Source of the DNA: an uncultured archaeon
Lineage (GTDB): Archaea > Thermoplasmatota > Penumbrarchaeia > JASLWR01
DNA: 64,000 nt
NCBI GenBank assembly: GCA_964342815.1
Contig: CAYFHS010000002.1
Location: 56,690 to 120,689, forward strand
Direction: 5' to 3'
The translations under genes were made by a program, and so were the position numbers. Shown piece after piece: positions 28,576-38,756 of this stretch. The stretch's first letter is position 1. Every line of letters begins with the position of its first letter. Below the pieces are notes generated by a model that saw only the letters and a program-made list of their open reading frames with translations, ran no database searches and was not told the origin of the DNA.

Positions 28576-29994
28576 ATGACAAGAACGGAGATACTTGGCC
28601 GGGAAAGTTCCAGACTCAAAAAACTCGGTCACAGGGGATGTGCATATATTGGAAAGGTGGTCTCCTACCCGGCAGGGCGTTACGAGGAGGTGGGAGAGAT
28701 GTTCATGGACATAGTTTTTCCCCACTGCATCCTTGTTCTTGGAAAACGCGGTTCCGGGAAGTCCTACACTCTGGGTGTCATCGCCGAAGAGTTCGGATTT
28801 CTGCAGTCGCAGTACCGGGACCGTATCTCCGTCATCATGGTGGACACCATGAGCGTGTTCCATTCACTGAAAAAAGAGAACAACATAACCGAGGAAATCC
28901 GAAAATTACCTGCATTCGCCAATCTCCAAGCAAGGGGATTTCCCGAGTATTCCCGCATTTTCATGCCCAAATCCACCATAGAAAAGGTTCGGGGGATGGA
29001 CCGCGAGATCGCATTCGACAGCATACTTCAGCTATCGATAAAAGACATAGAAATATTCGACTGGTTGAGTTTATTCGACCTCGCACCCACCGAACCTGCA
29101 GGAGTGCTTATTGCCAGAGTGATTGATAAGCTCTGTTCCGAAAAAGATATATTCGGCTTCCGAGACATATACGAGGAGATCAAGATCCAGTTCGGCGACG
29201 AGTACCTGAAGGAGGGTATTATAAACCTTTTCAGGATGGTGGAGAACATAGGGATATTCGGCGAGGTAGGCACCCCCCTGGAGGATATTGTGAGAGGCGG
29301 CCAGCTCTCCATACTGGACATGGGATACATCGGCCATGTAAGCGGGTTCGACATCAGGAATCTCGTAGTGGGCATCATCTCCCGAAAACTTCTTCTTGAA
29401 CGTACTCTTCACACAACCGTGGAAATGCAGGCGGAAGCGTCGCTTACCGGCAGAATCGGGAAAAATGTCATGAGAAAAACGCTTCCCATGGTCTACATGA
29501 TGCTTGACGAGGCTCATCTATTCATTCCCCGGGATCGAAAAACGCTGTCCAGCACGCCGCTTATGGACTGGATCAACCTCGGCAGACATTCGGGACTTTC
29601 ACTACTAATGGCCACACAGAGCCCTTCGTCCATCGATCCCCACGTGCTGGGCCAGAGCGATCTGGTGATCGCACACAACATCAGTTCGACTGACGACATC
29701 GAGGCATTGAACAGAATACAGCAGACTTACATGAAGGGATCGAGGGACTTGAGGAGCCTGGTGTCATCCATGGATTACATGCCAGGCCTGGCGGTTATTT
29801 TCGATGACAAGACCCGAAAGGTTGAAATGTGCAGGATAAGACCCCGCTGCTCGCTCCATCTGGGACTGGATGCCAGTGCGATACCATTATCCGAGAGAAT
29901 GGGACTAAGATCCACCCACGAGGTCGGGGTGAGTACCCGGAAAAAGAGACCGGCGTCGGAGATTATCAAAGACCTTCAGCGGATCTCAGAGTAA
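28576..29994 (+). CDS. HerA/FtsK-superfamily (DUF87-type) ATPase
   Basis: Walker A GKRGSGKS; Walker B MMLDEAH; GRHSGLSLLMATQSP; second region with K.RKVE...IRPR.S.H.G. Confidence 0.85.
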   Translation: MTRTEILGRESSRLKKLGHRGCAYIGKVVSYPAGRYEEVGEMFMDIVFPHCILVLGKRGSGKSYTLGVIAEEFGFLQSQYRDRISVIMVDTMSVFHSLKKENNITEEIRKLPAFANLQARGFPEYSRIFMPKSTIEKVRGMDREIAFDSILQLSIKDIEIFDWLSLFDLAPTEPAGVLIARVIDKLCSEKDIFGFRDIYEEIKIQFGDEYLKEGIINLFRMVENIGIFGEVGTPLEDIVRGGQLSILDMGYIGHVSGFDIRNLVVGIISRKLLLERTLHTTVEMQAEASLTGRIGKNVMRKTLPMVYMMLDEAHLFIPRDRKTLSSTPLMDWINLGRHSGLSLLMATQSPSSIDPHVLGQSDLVIAHNISSTDDIEALNRIQQTYMKGSRDLRSLVSSMDYMPGLAVIFDDKTRKVEMCRIRPRCSLHLGLDASAIPLSERMGLRSTHEVGVSTRKKRPASEIIKDLQRISE

Positions 29995-30043
29995 TCCTTC
30001 TTGTGCGTAATTCGGAGACTCGCCTCTCTATTATTCTTTTTCC

Positions 30044-30150
30044 CGAGACCAGCGACCCCCAGGCGAACGTCCGTAGGAAGTCAGGTGCTGACTTTCCGAG
30101 GGCGCAGGCGCATCTACTGATGCACCGGAACGTAGTGGGCGCTGGTCTCG
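30044..30150 (-). repeat. Multi-hairpin intergenic element, copy C
   Basis: Closed by CGAGACCAGCG/CGCTGGTCTCG (11 bp); minus strand reads CACTACGTTCCGGT...GCCCTC-GG[AAAGTCAG cac CTGACTT]CC-TACGGACG. Confidence 0.8.
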
Positions 30151-30437
30151 TCTATGAACCGATAAGTAGAAGTTCAATATCACTAAAGGTCGGCTCACCG
30201 CCGACCCTGAGGGCAAGCCCTCTTTCTATTGATTTTTCTTTTTAGATCTAGTCGCCGTTTGCTGAAGCTCGGCGACCCTCTTAAGATAGAAGGAATCATA
30301 GGTTAAAAGAAGTGATAGTATCTTAGGATAACACAGTATGATCCTTCCAGATACCTGTTCCCTGCGGAAGAATCTACAAAAGTAATAAAAAGGTGATACG
30401 TCATAATTGTTTTAATCTGAAAGTCTAGGGTGGTAAG

Positions 30438-31082
30438 TTGGGAATCATAAAGACGGTATTCGAGGACAAGAAAAATATCACTATGCCGGTGGGATCCATC
30501 CTGATCTTCATGTTCATGATCGTAATATTCTGGGAAATGAGCGGAGCGGAAACCCTCACGGAAGCCGACATTCAGAAAGAGATTGCAAAAAGAATTGCGA
30601 ATAACAATATCGTTGATCTGTCTAAACTTGAAAAACTTCCGGGCGATTCCCAGACCGAGAATGGAAGAGCCGATGAGGGCATCGAAACAGAGTTGAAGGT
30701 ATCCATAGAGCATTCCAATGTATGCGAAATTGTCTTCGAACTCAGCTGGTCGGATGAGGCGGACGCGGACGCCAGGCACACAAACGAGCCGGATACATTT
30801 ACCATTCGAGTGGAAAGCCCGGACGGCTCGTTTTCGAAGGAGGGGAAAGGAAAAAACGGGCAGGGAGGCCAGGGAAATATAGAAGTCTCAATAACACTTT
30901 TCGACGAAGCGAATCCTCCGAAATCGCTGCCGTTCCTGAACGGGACCGGGGATTGGAATATAATCATTTCGGTGGCAGCGGGGGACCAGGAGCCGTTGAT
31001 CCCGAGCCTTTTCGGAATGCGGACTTTTGAAGATAGGGGTAACGATTTCACCCTTGCTATGTCCTACTCGTACACAGAGTAA
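30438..31082 (+). CDS. Exported hypothetical protein with an N-terminal TM and a beta-sandwich domain
   Basis: TM near the N-terminus; FELSWSDE..D...NEPDTFTIRV.SPDG and TGDWNIII motifs. Confidence 0.65.
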   Translation: MGIIKTVFEDKKNITMPVGSILIFMFMIVIFWEMSGAETLTEADIQKEIAKRIANNNIVDLSKLEKLPGDSQTENGRADEGIETELKVSIEHSNVCEIVFELSWSDEADADARHTNEPDTFTIRVESPDGSFSKEGKGKNGQGGQGNIEVSITLFDEANPPKSLPFLNGTGDWNIIISVAAGDQEPLIPSLFGMRTFEDRGNDFTLAMSYSYTE

Positions 31083-31155
31083 GAGAGGGGATGGAAAAAG
31101 AGAGTTGGACGAAATGTTCACAGCAATTTTTCTTATTTCAAATACCAATTAGAAA

Positions 31156-31926
31156 TTAATATTGTTCCCTGATTACCCCGAAGTCATATGAAGTGGTATT
31201 GAGGCCGCTGTGAGCCTTCTTGCATTTACTGCAGTACCAGTTATCCTTTTTTTTCTTGTATTTTAACGGTTCGTTGCATCCGGGGCAATAATAAACTTTC
31301 TCAATATTTTTCAGCTTCCCGGTTTTGCCCGACGATATATCGTTCTTTTGATTCTTTGGACGTATGAAGAGTGCATAGATTATCAGACATACTATAATTA
31401 TAGAGGCGGCAATGATTATCCAGCCGAACCAGGGCATATTTTGTTCCGAATCATGCTCCCATGCATTTCCGTTTTCATTATTACCATCCTCGAAATACCA
31501 GACACTGTTGACGTCATATGTTTCACATTTATCTCCATCGGTTTCTTCACCGTCAATAACGGTAATTTCTACAAGGATTCTATCTCCCTGATTTATCGAA
31601 CCTCCAAGGGTTTTCCCGAATATCAGCGGTTCCGGGTTGGATTGCAGTATTATCTCGGAAAATTCAACTGTGCCGTAATCATGGTTTAACATTCTTACCA
31701 CCAGATCATCGATGGTTATCTTGTCAAGAGGAGCGAAGGATAAGAACGTGTCATTTTCACCGTCCCCATCCTCATCGGTATAAAGAGAAAGGAACTCGTC
31801 CCAACTCATACTTTCCCCGGCGGGAACTGCAGCCGTATTTGAAGTGAACAAGAAAGATAATGGCGATAAAATGATTATGAGAATTGTAATGAATAGACTT
31901 ATTTTAAAGGTTCTAACAAGAAACAT
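31156..31926 (-). CDS. Single-pass membrane protein with a cytoplasmic CxxC...WYCxxC zinc finger
   Basis: Signal-like N-terminus; TM; CPGCNEPLKYKKKKDNWYCSKC. Confidence 0.75.
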   Translation of the reverse strand: MFLVRTFKISLFITILIIILSPLSFLFTSNTAAVPAGESMSWDEFLSLYTDEDGDGENDTFLSFAPLDKITIDDLVVRMLNHDYGTVEFSEIILQSNPEPLIFGKTLGGSINQGDRILVEITVIDGEETDGDKCETYDVNSVWYFEDGNNENGNAWEHDSEQNMPWFGWIIIAASIIIVCLIIYALFIRPKNQKNDISSGKTGKLKNIEKVYYCPGCNEPLKYKKKKDNWYCSKCKKAHSGLNTTSYDFGVIREQY

Positions 31927-32069
31927 AGCGTGATAAATTATCTGTTGTTATAAATAATTTGTTCAATTCGGTTTTTAATATCTACCGTTGGACCTCATTC
32001 TCTTTACTTTTTTCATGTAACTCGAATAGGAATGAGAATCTTATTTTCCATATTTCGGGGATCCGTCCT

Positions 32070-33347
32070 TCACTCGTTCATCTGAAGGATAAGAAGCTCT
32101 TTTATGCTTTTCTTTATCATCTCAAGGGCGTACTCGAAATCTCCGGAATCCATTGCATCGGATGCTTTCTTGAACATATTTCTCGCGGAAGTGACGTTGA
32201 CGGTGCCTCCCTTGGCCTCGGAAAACCTTCTTTTGGCTACAGGCAGAAGTTTCGATATCTCGAGATAATATTTCTTCATATCCCGAACCATCTCATCCAG
32301 GTTAACGGCAAGGCCCGCCGCCTTTGAGACATTGCCGTTTGCAAGTTCCCTTCTAAGCTCCTCGTAAGCGTGGGAAAGCATCTCCATTTCAGGTTCCCAT
32401 TCGAAAAGCTCTTTCACATTATGCTGGAGAGCGGGAAGGCGTTCTTCGAGCCGGATCTGATCTCTTAAAAGTGTGTCCAGCTCCTCGTGAAGAATACTGA
32501 GTGTCTTGTTGGATTTGTTGTATTTGCCATTCTTGTAATACTTTTCGGCTTTTAGGAGAATTTCGCCGATGGGCAGTGTATTAATACCTCTTTTTTCAGC
32601 CAGGTCGATCTTGTCCACCGATCTTGCCAGCTTGTCCGTTGCCTCGGTATAAACATCTTTCAGGCCGTCGAGCATTAGAGGAACCCTTTCGGCCAGACGC
32701 ATGGCCTCCGCGACGTTGTACTCCTTCATCTTCACCCGCGCGTCCTTCAGGGCTTTTACCATGTGCTGGACGTAAACGCCCTCTTTTTTAAGTGATGCGA
32801 TCTCCTTGATCAGGGGGTGAAGATAGTTTTTTAGAGCCTCCATGTCATCGTAATAGATCAGTTCGCGGCGGAGCTTGCTGGCCTTTTCGAAAAAACCCTT
32901 GGGATTCTTTTTTTCCGCCTCCTTGAGCATCTTTCTGTACTGCTCCTCCATGTGCTCCACGGTATCTTCCTTTCTCCTGAACTCTTCCATGAACAGTTTC
33001 ATCTCAGCCATGTGTTCTTCCACATCGTCCATGGCAGGATTCTTTGCCTTATCGCGAGCCATTCTGAGATAATACCTGTCGAGTATTTTTCTGACGGCAA
33101 TGGACTTTTCCATGGCGCTCTTGTATTTCCGGTCGATAAAAAGGTCTTCCATGGATGTAATTTGCTCGTCGAGGTCCGTCGGGAGATCGATCTCGTCGCG
33201 GATATCGTCCCTCATCATTGTGAGAGCCGCCATACTGCGCTCAAGCTTCCCCATCTCCGCATAGAAATCCTGGCCTATGTTCCTCGGCTCGGTCATCGTA
33301 GTTACATAATAAATTCGATGATAAAAATATTGTTGAGAAAAAAACAC
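32070..33347 (-). CDS. Alpha-helical/coiled-coil repeat protein
   Basis: Charged heptad-rich sequence with repeated G.NV..A...L..A....GDFE.A modules. True start is probably MTEPRN, slightly downstream of the called start. Confidence 0.7.
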   Translation of the reverse strand: MFFSQQYFYHRIYYVTTMTEPRNIGQDFYAEMGKLERSMAALTMMRDDIRDEIDLPTDLDEQITSMEDLFIDRKYKSAMEKSIAVRKILDRYYLRMARDKAKNPAMDDVEEHMAEMKLFMEEFRRKEDTVEHMEEQYRKMLKEAEKKNPKGFFEKASKLRRELIYYDDMEALKNYLHPLIKEIASLKKEGVYVQHMVKALKDARVKMKEYNVAEAMRLAERVPLMLDGLKDVYTEATDKLARSVDKIDLAEKRGINTLPIGEILLKAEKYYKNGKYNKSNKTLSILHEELDTLLRDQIRLEERLPALQHNVKELFEWEPEMEMLSHAYEELRRELANGNVSKAAGLAVNLDEMVRDMKKYYLEISKLLPVAKRRFSEAKGGTVNVTSARNMFKKASDAMDSGDFEYALEMIKKSIKELLILQMNE

Positions 33348-33399
33348 TTTTTATAACCCAAAGAGGTTTTGGGGTGTCTCGAGAGATGTCCCGATGTGT

Positions 33400-33437
33400 C
33401 GAAGATTCGGACAATATTTTTAAATGCATGTACTTCA
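33400..33437 (+). promoter_or_regulatory. Putative promoter with a CGAA-N2-TTCG palindrome and TTTAAA TATA box
   Basis: CGAAGATTCGGACAATATTTTTAAATGCATGTACTTCA; near-identical copy at 38677. Confidence 0.55.
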
Positions 33438-33486
33438 ATGTGTGATGTAGAAACAAACGCTAAAAGAAAAATCCGAAGGGTAGAGC

Positions 33487-36400
33487 ATGAATCACCATAG
33501 ACTTAAAAGCGTGATGGCGGTAGTCCTGACATTCATCGTGGTACTTTCATACTTCCCATGTATGAGAAACTCTTCTTCAAACGGTGATATTGGGTCAAGT
33601 TCTAGAGGGAACACAATTATTGTAAATGCTTCGGGGGGAGAAGATTATACTAAGATTCAATGGGCAATAAACAACGCCAGCGAAGGTGATACCGTCCTGG
33701 TGATGCCAGGAACCTATCGTGAGAAGGTGGTGGTGAACAAGAGCATAAACCTGACTGGAGCCGGGAGCGAGAGCACGATCATCGATGCAGGGAAAAGCGG
33801 TACTCCATTACATATATATAGTGACTGGGCCAACGTCAGTGGTTTTACCGTCAGGAATTCGAGCAAGAATTCAGCGGGGATTTACATATCTGGAGAGCAT
33901 AACCGGGTTGCAAATAACAATTGTAGTTTTAACAAATATGGAATCAGTGTCTATTATAACAACTCGATCATCAACAATACATGCATCGGTAACTCTATCG
34001 GTATTAACCTCTTTAGGACGAAAAATAACTATTTCTCTGGAAATATTATCGAACACAGCGACAGAGCCGGCATATACCTGGCGGAATCTCATTCCAACGT
34101 TTTTTCCGAGAATATATGCAGATACAACAACAATTCCGGGATCAAGATAGATGGCTCCCATTTTAGCCGAAACAATACCTTTATCAGTAATACATGCAAT
34201 TCGAACGGACTGAACGGTATCGATTTCTGGTACACAGTGAACGATACTCTGGAAAACAATACTTGCAGCAACAATGGTTATTCCGGCATCCTCCTTTCGG
34301 AAGTAAATAATGCGATCCTGAAGAACAACACCGCCTCCGATAACAGATATGGTATCCGGATCGAGAATTATTCCACGAACAACGTCATTTCCGGGAATAA
34401 AATGCATGCGAATGGAATTTCATTGCAGCCGATAACATCATTTCAAAACACTGTTGATGATTCGAATATCGTTAACGGTGGGAGGGTCTATTTCTGGAAC
34501 GGCGTTAGGAACCGGATCATTCCGGAAGGAGCCGGACAGGTTGTTCTGTACAATTGCTCGGATATTGTTATCGAGAATCAAAACCTCACGGATACCGATT
34601 CGGGGATCGAACTCTGGTTCTCGGATAACTGTACCATAGAGAACAACACCTTCAACAACAATATCAAGCACGGCATACTATTGGAGGGGTCCGTTAACAC
34701 TACTATAGAAAATAATACCTGTAATAACAACAAAATGATGGGTGTGAAACTGCACGGTACTGAAAAGATTTTGATCAGAAACAATACTTTTGATTCAAAT
34801 ATCTATTACGGACTAGATATATGCTGTAGCACGTTTAACTGGGTTTATCATAATAGTTTCATCGACAACAACGGGGGAGGCAAACAGGCGGAGGACAGCG
34901 GGGCGCTTACCACATGGAATACATCGAGCGAAGGAAATTACTGGTCGGATTGGACCACACCTGACAACGATTCCGACGGGATAGTTGATGATCCGTATAC
35001 TCTTGCAGGACTAAAAAAATCTCAGGATCATTTTCCCCTTGCACGGCCTGTTTCAGATCATTTCAGAAATATCCAAGCTCCGAAACAACCCGAGAAGGAT
35101 GCCGATGGCGACGGCTACAACGACACGTATGAGAACGCATCCGGGAGCGATCCATACAATAAAGAATCCACTCCACTCGATTGGGACGGTGATGGAATAC
35201 CAAACGAAGTTGACGTCAACCCTCATGTTTTCGACGGCACTGTCGTGGACTCGAATATCACTGAGAATACCAACTGGACAGTTGAAAAAAGTCCCTATAT
35301 CATAAACCGTGAAATCATTATATTTAATGGTTCGACTCTCAACATTGGACGTGGTGTTACCGTCTATTTCAATGGTTCCGGGTCCTTTAGCACAGACGAA
35401 TTCTCCGGAGGGGGGAGGATTCGAGCATTCGGGAGGAAGGATAACAAAATTAATTTTATATCCAAAGTTCCCCCGGATATGGGACACAGAGCATTCAATC
35501 TCTCCCTTCGAGACTTTATTCATTTTGAATATTGTTCATTTAAAAATATCGGGGAAATATACCTTGCCGGAACGGATAACTGTGAGTTTTATAAATGTAT
35601 ATTTCAAAATAGCCAAGGAATTGTCTTTAACGAGAGATTTGTCAGAACAACCGAAACAGCATCCGAGAACAATACGATCCGATATTGCTCTTTTTACAAT
35701 ATGCCAAACGCGATAAAAATATTATCCAATCTTAGATATTTAGATCCAAATAGATTCTATCAAAATAACTTTTACAACTCGTCCATATCCCTTGGATTTG
35801 ATCCAATTGATCAGATTTCCCCCCTGTCGTCAACATGGAACGAATCAGGGTATGGAAATTACTGGTGGGATTACAACGGAACCGACCTCGACGGTGACGG
35901 TGTTGGCGATACGAATCTTCCATGGCATGGGGTGGACTGGTGTCCATTGATGAAACCCTACTCGGAAAATCCACCTGTCATTCATCCAAATAGCATTCCA
36001 ATCGCCTTCGTAGAGGAACGTTATTCTACAAATTTTACTGCTACCGATGTGGATACGTTGACCCAAGAATTATACTGGACGATGATTACGAATGCTCCGT
36101 GGTTGAACTTTTCGGAGAATCAGGAATTATACGGCACCCCCACAAGCTCAGATGTCGGAACATATTGGATATATGTCGAAGTTTCCGATGGTCCCAACAG
36201 TGACTTTAAGAACTTTACGTTAGATGTTCGTTCGTGGCCCTCTGAATCCAGAGTGATGATTGAGAGAACCGGGAAAGATTTTTCCAGTATACAGGATGCA
36301 ATAGACAATGCTAGTAATGGAGATACTATAAGGGTTCATGGGGGAATATATTATGAACGTATAGTAATAAATAAATCAATATCTCTTATCGGAAAAGGCA

Positions 36401-37926
36401 GTGACGTAACTATCATCGATGGAAAAGAGAAAGGTGACGTTGTAGAAGTCCGTGCAAATAACGTTTCTATAAGCGGATTTCATATAAGGAACGCAAGTAA
36501 AAGTTCTTTCCATGGTGATGGAGATTATGCCATATATTATAATTCAGGAATAAAAATTTATAATGATAGTAGTAAAATAACATACTGTTCATTTAGTTCA
36601 TCTGGATTATATGGCGGCAGTATATTTATTTACAAATCTAATAGACATATGATTTACAATAATAATTTTCTTAATAAAATTCAAAAAACCAGGGACATCC
36701 TTATTATAAAATCTGATAACATCCTCATTAGAGAAAATTTACTCCACAGTTTAGGGATTTGGGACTCGGATGCAAACGTTATCAGAAATAATTCATTTGG
36801 TTATTATAATAAAAATGTAGGCGATCCTGGAAATGGGACGACACTTTATAATTCTAATAGAAATATAATTGAATATAATACATTTAATTTATTGGAATCC
36901 GGCCTTAACATTTCGAATTCCGAGAATACCACGATCCAATACAACAGATTCACAAACAATTCTCAAAGTGTTCGGCTTTCAGGGAAAAATAATCTCGTCT
37001 ACAATAATATCTTCATGAACAACAGTAATGAAGAATACGAATCACAAGCCTTTGACTGGGAATCCGATAACAAATGGTATCTCGGTCAAACTGGTAATTA
37101 CTGGTCGGATTGGACAGGCCCGGATGCGGACAACGACGGGATAGTAGACATTCCCTACAATATCTCGGGTCCTGCTGGTGCACAGGACTTGTATCCTCTC
37201 GTACACCCTCCGAACATCAGTTTCAATGAAGGTTCGCCTGACAACGATACGGAGAAGGATTCTGACGGGGACGGCTGGAACGACACATATGAGCTGCAAT
37301 CAGGAAGCGATCCCTACAATAAAAAATCCACTCCCTTGGACTGGGATGGTGACGGCCACCCCAATAACAAAGATGCCTATCCCCGTGATCCAAAACGGTG
37401 GAAAAAAGAAAGAACGGATATGTCCAACATACTTCTGTTCATCGGTATTGGTTTTATCATACTGCTGATCAGCATCATGTGTTACAGTCGAATAAAAAGG
37501 AAGAATGCGCTCAAGAACGACGCACGTAACCGTATCCACAGCTATATCCATAAGCACCCGGGCGAGCACCGCAGCGGTATCGGCAGGCAGCTTGGAATGA
37601 ACGAAGGAACATTGAAACACCATCTCCGGAAACTGGAGCAGACGGGAATGGTTCAGGTCAGGCGAGATGGGAAATACAAATATCTGTATCCCGCGGGATT
37701 TAACCATTCGATATCTCTTACTCCGATCCAAAAGCAGATAATACAAATTCTAACAAAAAATAAAAACTCCACTACCCAGGTAATAGCCAAGCAACTCGAT
37801 AAAGAAAGGCAGACCGTGGTATATCACATGAAGAATCTCGCAGACAAAGGTGTTCTCAGGTCTAAAAAGACAGATAAGAAGGTATACTGGTCCGTGGACG
37901 AAAACGTAGAAAATACCTTCAAATAG
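33487..37926 (+). CDS. NosD/parallel beta-helix surface protein with Ca-binding repeats, TM and cytoplasmic tandem winged-HTH domains
   Basis: N..I.NN.C..N..GI repeats; NYWSDW and DxDGDG motifs; TM; R.RIHSYIHKHPG...LG.NEGTLKHHLRKLE and IAKQL.K.RQTV.YHMK.L..KG HTHs. Confidence 0.85.
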   Translation: MNHHRLKSVMAVVLTFIVVLSYFPCMRNSSSNGDIGSSSRGNTIIVNASGGEDYTKIQWAINNASEGDTVLVMPGTYREKVVVNKSINLTGAGSESTIIDAGKSGTPLHIYSDWANVSGFTVRNSSKNSAGIYISGEHNRVANNNCSFNKYGISVYYNNSIINNTCIGNSIGINLFRTKNNYFSGNIIEHSDRAGIYLAESHSNVFSENICRYNNNSGIKIDGSHFSRNNTFISNTCNSNGLNGIDFWYTVNDTLENNTCSNNGYSGILLSEVNNAILKNNTASDNRYGIRIENYSTNNVISGNKMHANGISLQPITSFQNTVDDSNIVNGGRVYFWNGVRNRIIPEGAGQVVLYNCSDIVIENQNLTDTDSGIELWFSDNCTIENNTFNNNIKHGILLEGSVNTTIENNTCNNNKMMGVKLHGTEKILIRNNTFDSNIYYGLDICCSTFNWVYHNSFIDNNGGGKQAEDSGALTTWNTSSEGNYWSDWTTPDNDSDGIVDDPYTLAGLKKSQDHFPLARPVSDHFRNIQAPKQPEKDADGDGYNDTYENASGSDPYNKESTPLDWDGDGIPNEVDVNPHVFDGTVVDSNITENTNWTVEKSPYIINREIIIFNGSTLNIGRGVTVYFNGSGSFSTDEFSGGGRIRAFGRKDNKINFISKVPPDMGHRAFNLSLRDFIHFEYCSFKNIGEIYLAGTDNCEFYKCIFQNSQGIVFNERFVRTTETASENNTIRYCSFYNMPNAIKILSNLRYLDPNRFYQNNFYNSSISLGFDPIDQISPLSSTWNESGYGNYWWDYNGTDLDGDGVGDTNLPWHGVDWCPLMKPYSENPPVIHPNSIPIAFVEERYSTNFTATDVDTLTQELYWTMITNAPWLNFSENQELYGTPTSSDVGTYWIYVEVSDGPNSDFKNFTLDVRSWPSESRVMIERTGKDFSSIQDAIDNASNGDTIRVHGGIYYERIVINKSISLIGKGSDVTIIDGKEKGDVVEVRANNVSISGFHIRNASKSSFHGDGDYAIYYNSGIKIYNDSSKITYCSFSSSGLYGGSIFIYKSNRHMIYNNNFLNKIQKTRDILIIKSDNILIRENLLHSLGIWDSDANVIRNNSFGYYNKNVGDPGNGTTLYNSNRNIIEYNTFNLLESGLNISNSENTTIQYNRFTNNSQSVRLSGKNNLVYNNIFMNNSNEEYESQAFDWESDNKWYLGQTGNYWSDWTGPDADNDGIVDIPYNISGPAGAQDLYPLVHPPNISFNEGSPDNDTEKDSDGDGWNDTYELQSGSDPYNKKSTPLDWDGDGHPNNKDAYPRDPKRWKKERTDMSNILLFIGIGFIILLISIMCYSRIKRKNALKNDARNRIHSYIHKHPGEHRSGIGRQLGMNEGTLKHHLRKLEQTGMVQVRRDGKYKYLYPAGFNHSISLTPIQKQIIQILTKNKNSTTQVIAKQLDKERQTVVYHMKNLADKGVLRSKKTDKKVYWSVDENVENTFK

Positions 37927-37967
37927 ATCGATATTGAAAAAAGCTAATAAAAAGCATGGAAGTATCT

Positions 37968-38369
37968 TCAATCTCCAATGAAAATAGTATCGTCCAATCC
38001 CCTGAAATGAGGATCGCCTGTTATAACCGGCGCGGAAACGGATTTGGCAGTTTCCAGAATTATTGCATCGGCCAGACCAATATTTTTTCTTTCCCCCCTC
38101 ATGACTTTTCGGGTTTTCCCGGCCCTTTCCGCGATCTCCAGTGTGAGGCCACAAATGAAGCTCTTGCTAATGATGAAATGCAGGTCATCTTCCCAGAAAT
38201 CCCAATTTTCCGCATGGTATTTGGCCGATAGTTCTGCTATTACTATCATGGGAGTCACACCCTTCTCATCCTCGACGTATTTGCGTACCGTTTCTCCCTT
38301 TCGGGAGCCTCGAAAGTACTCAATCCATGCGTAGGAATCGAATACACAATCATAGCTCATGGAATTCAC
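37968..38369 (-). CDS. vapC: VapC-like PIN-domain toxin
   Basis: VFDSYAWIEYF, VIAEL, GLADAIILETA, ITGDPHF acidic PIN motifs. Confidence 0.9.
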   Translation of the reverse strand: MNSMSYDCVFDSYAWIEYFRGSRKGETVRKYVEDEKGVTPMIVIAELSAKYHAENWDFWEDDLHFIISKSFICGLTLEIAERAGKTRKVMRGERKNIGLADAIILETAKSVSAPVITGDPHFRGLDDTIFIGD

Positions 38370-38550
38370 CTTCGTCTTCGGGTGTGAATTCCGTCATTTG
38401 CGGATGGGCTCCAAATTTCGTTTTGGGGATTGTCCTTTTGAGATCGATGAGATTATTTATAACCTCGTCTAGTGAGCTGGCATTGTATTCGCCCTTGATC
38501 TCCTTTAGGAGCTGAAGCGTATTTTCTCTCACCTGAATTGTCGTTGGCAT
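38350..38550 (-). CDS. vapB: Cognate antitoxin (VapB-like, RHH-type)
   Basis: MPTTIQV...TLQLL..IK......SLDEVI..L; overlaps the vapC start. Confidence 0.8.
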   Translation of the reverse strand: MPTTIQVRENTLQLLKEIKGEYNASSLDEVINNLIDLKRTIPKTKFGAHPQMTEFTPEDEGEFHEL

Positions 38551-38560
38551 TCTACCACTT

Positions 38561-38590
38561 AACTATAGTTATAGCTATAGATATAGATAA
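38561..38590. promoter_or_regulatory. Palindromic operator/promoter of the vapBC operon
   Basis: AACTATAGTT (38561-38570) and TATAGCTATA (38570-38579) palindromes directly upstream of the antitoxin start. Confidence 0.6.
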
Positions 38591-38676
38591 ATGTTTCTAA
38601 ACTGCTGTTGGGGATAGGATACGTTACGAGGCCGAAGTAATACCTAAAAAAGATGAAAGCATTGTCGAAATAGTAT

Positions 38677-38714
38677 CGAACATTCGAACAATATTTTTAA
38701 ATGTATGTACTTCA
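38677..38714 (+). promoter_or_regulatory. Second copy of the CGAA-N2-TTCG + TTTAAA promoter
   Basis: CGAACATTCGAACAATATTTTTAAATGTATGTACTTCA. Confidence 0.55.
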
Positions 38715-38756
38715 CTGTATGAATAACATCATAAGGAAATTTCGTAAGGGAAAAGC

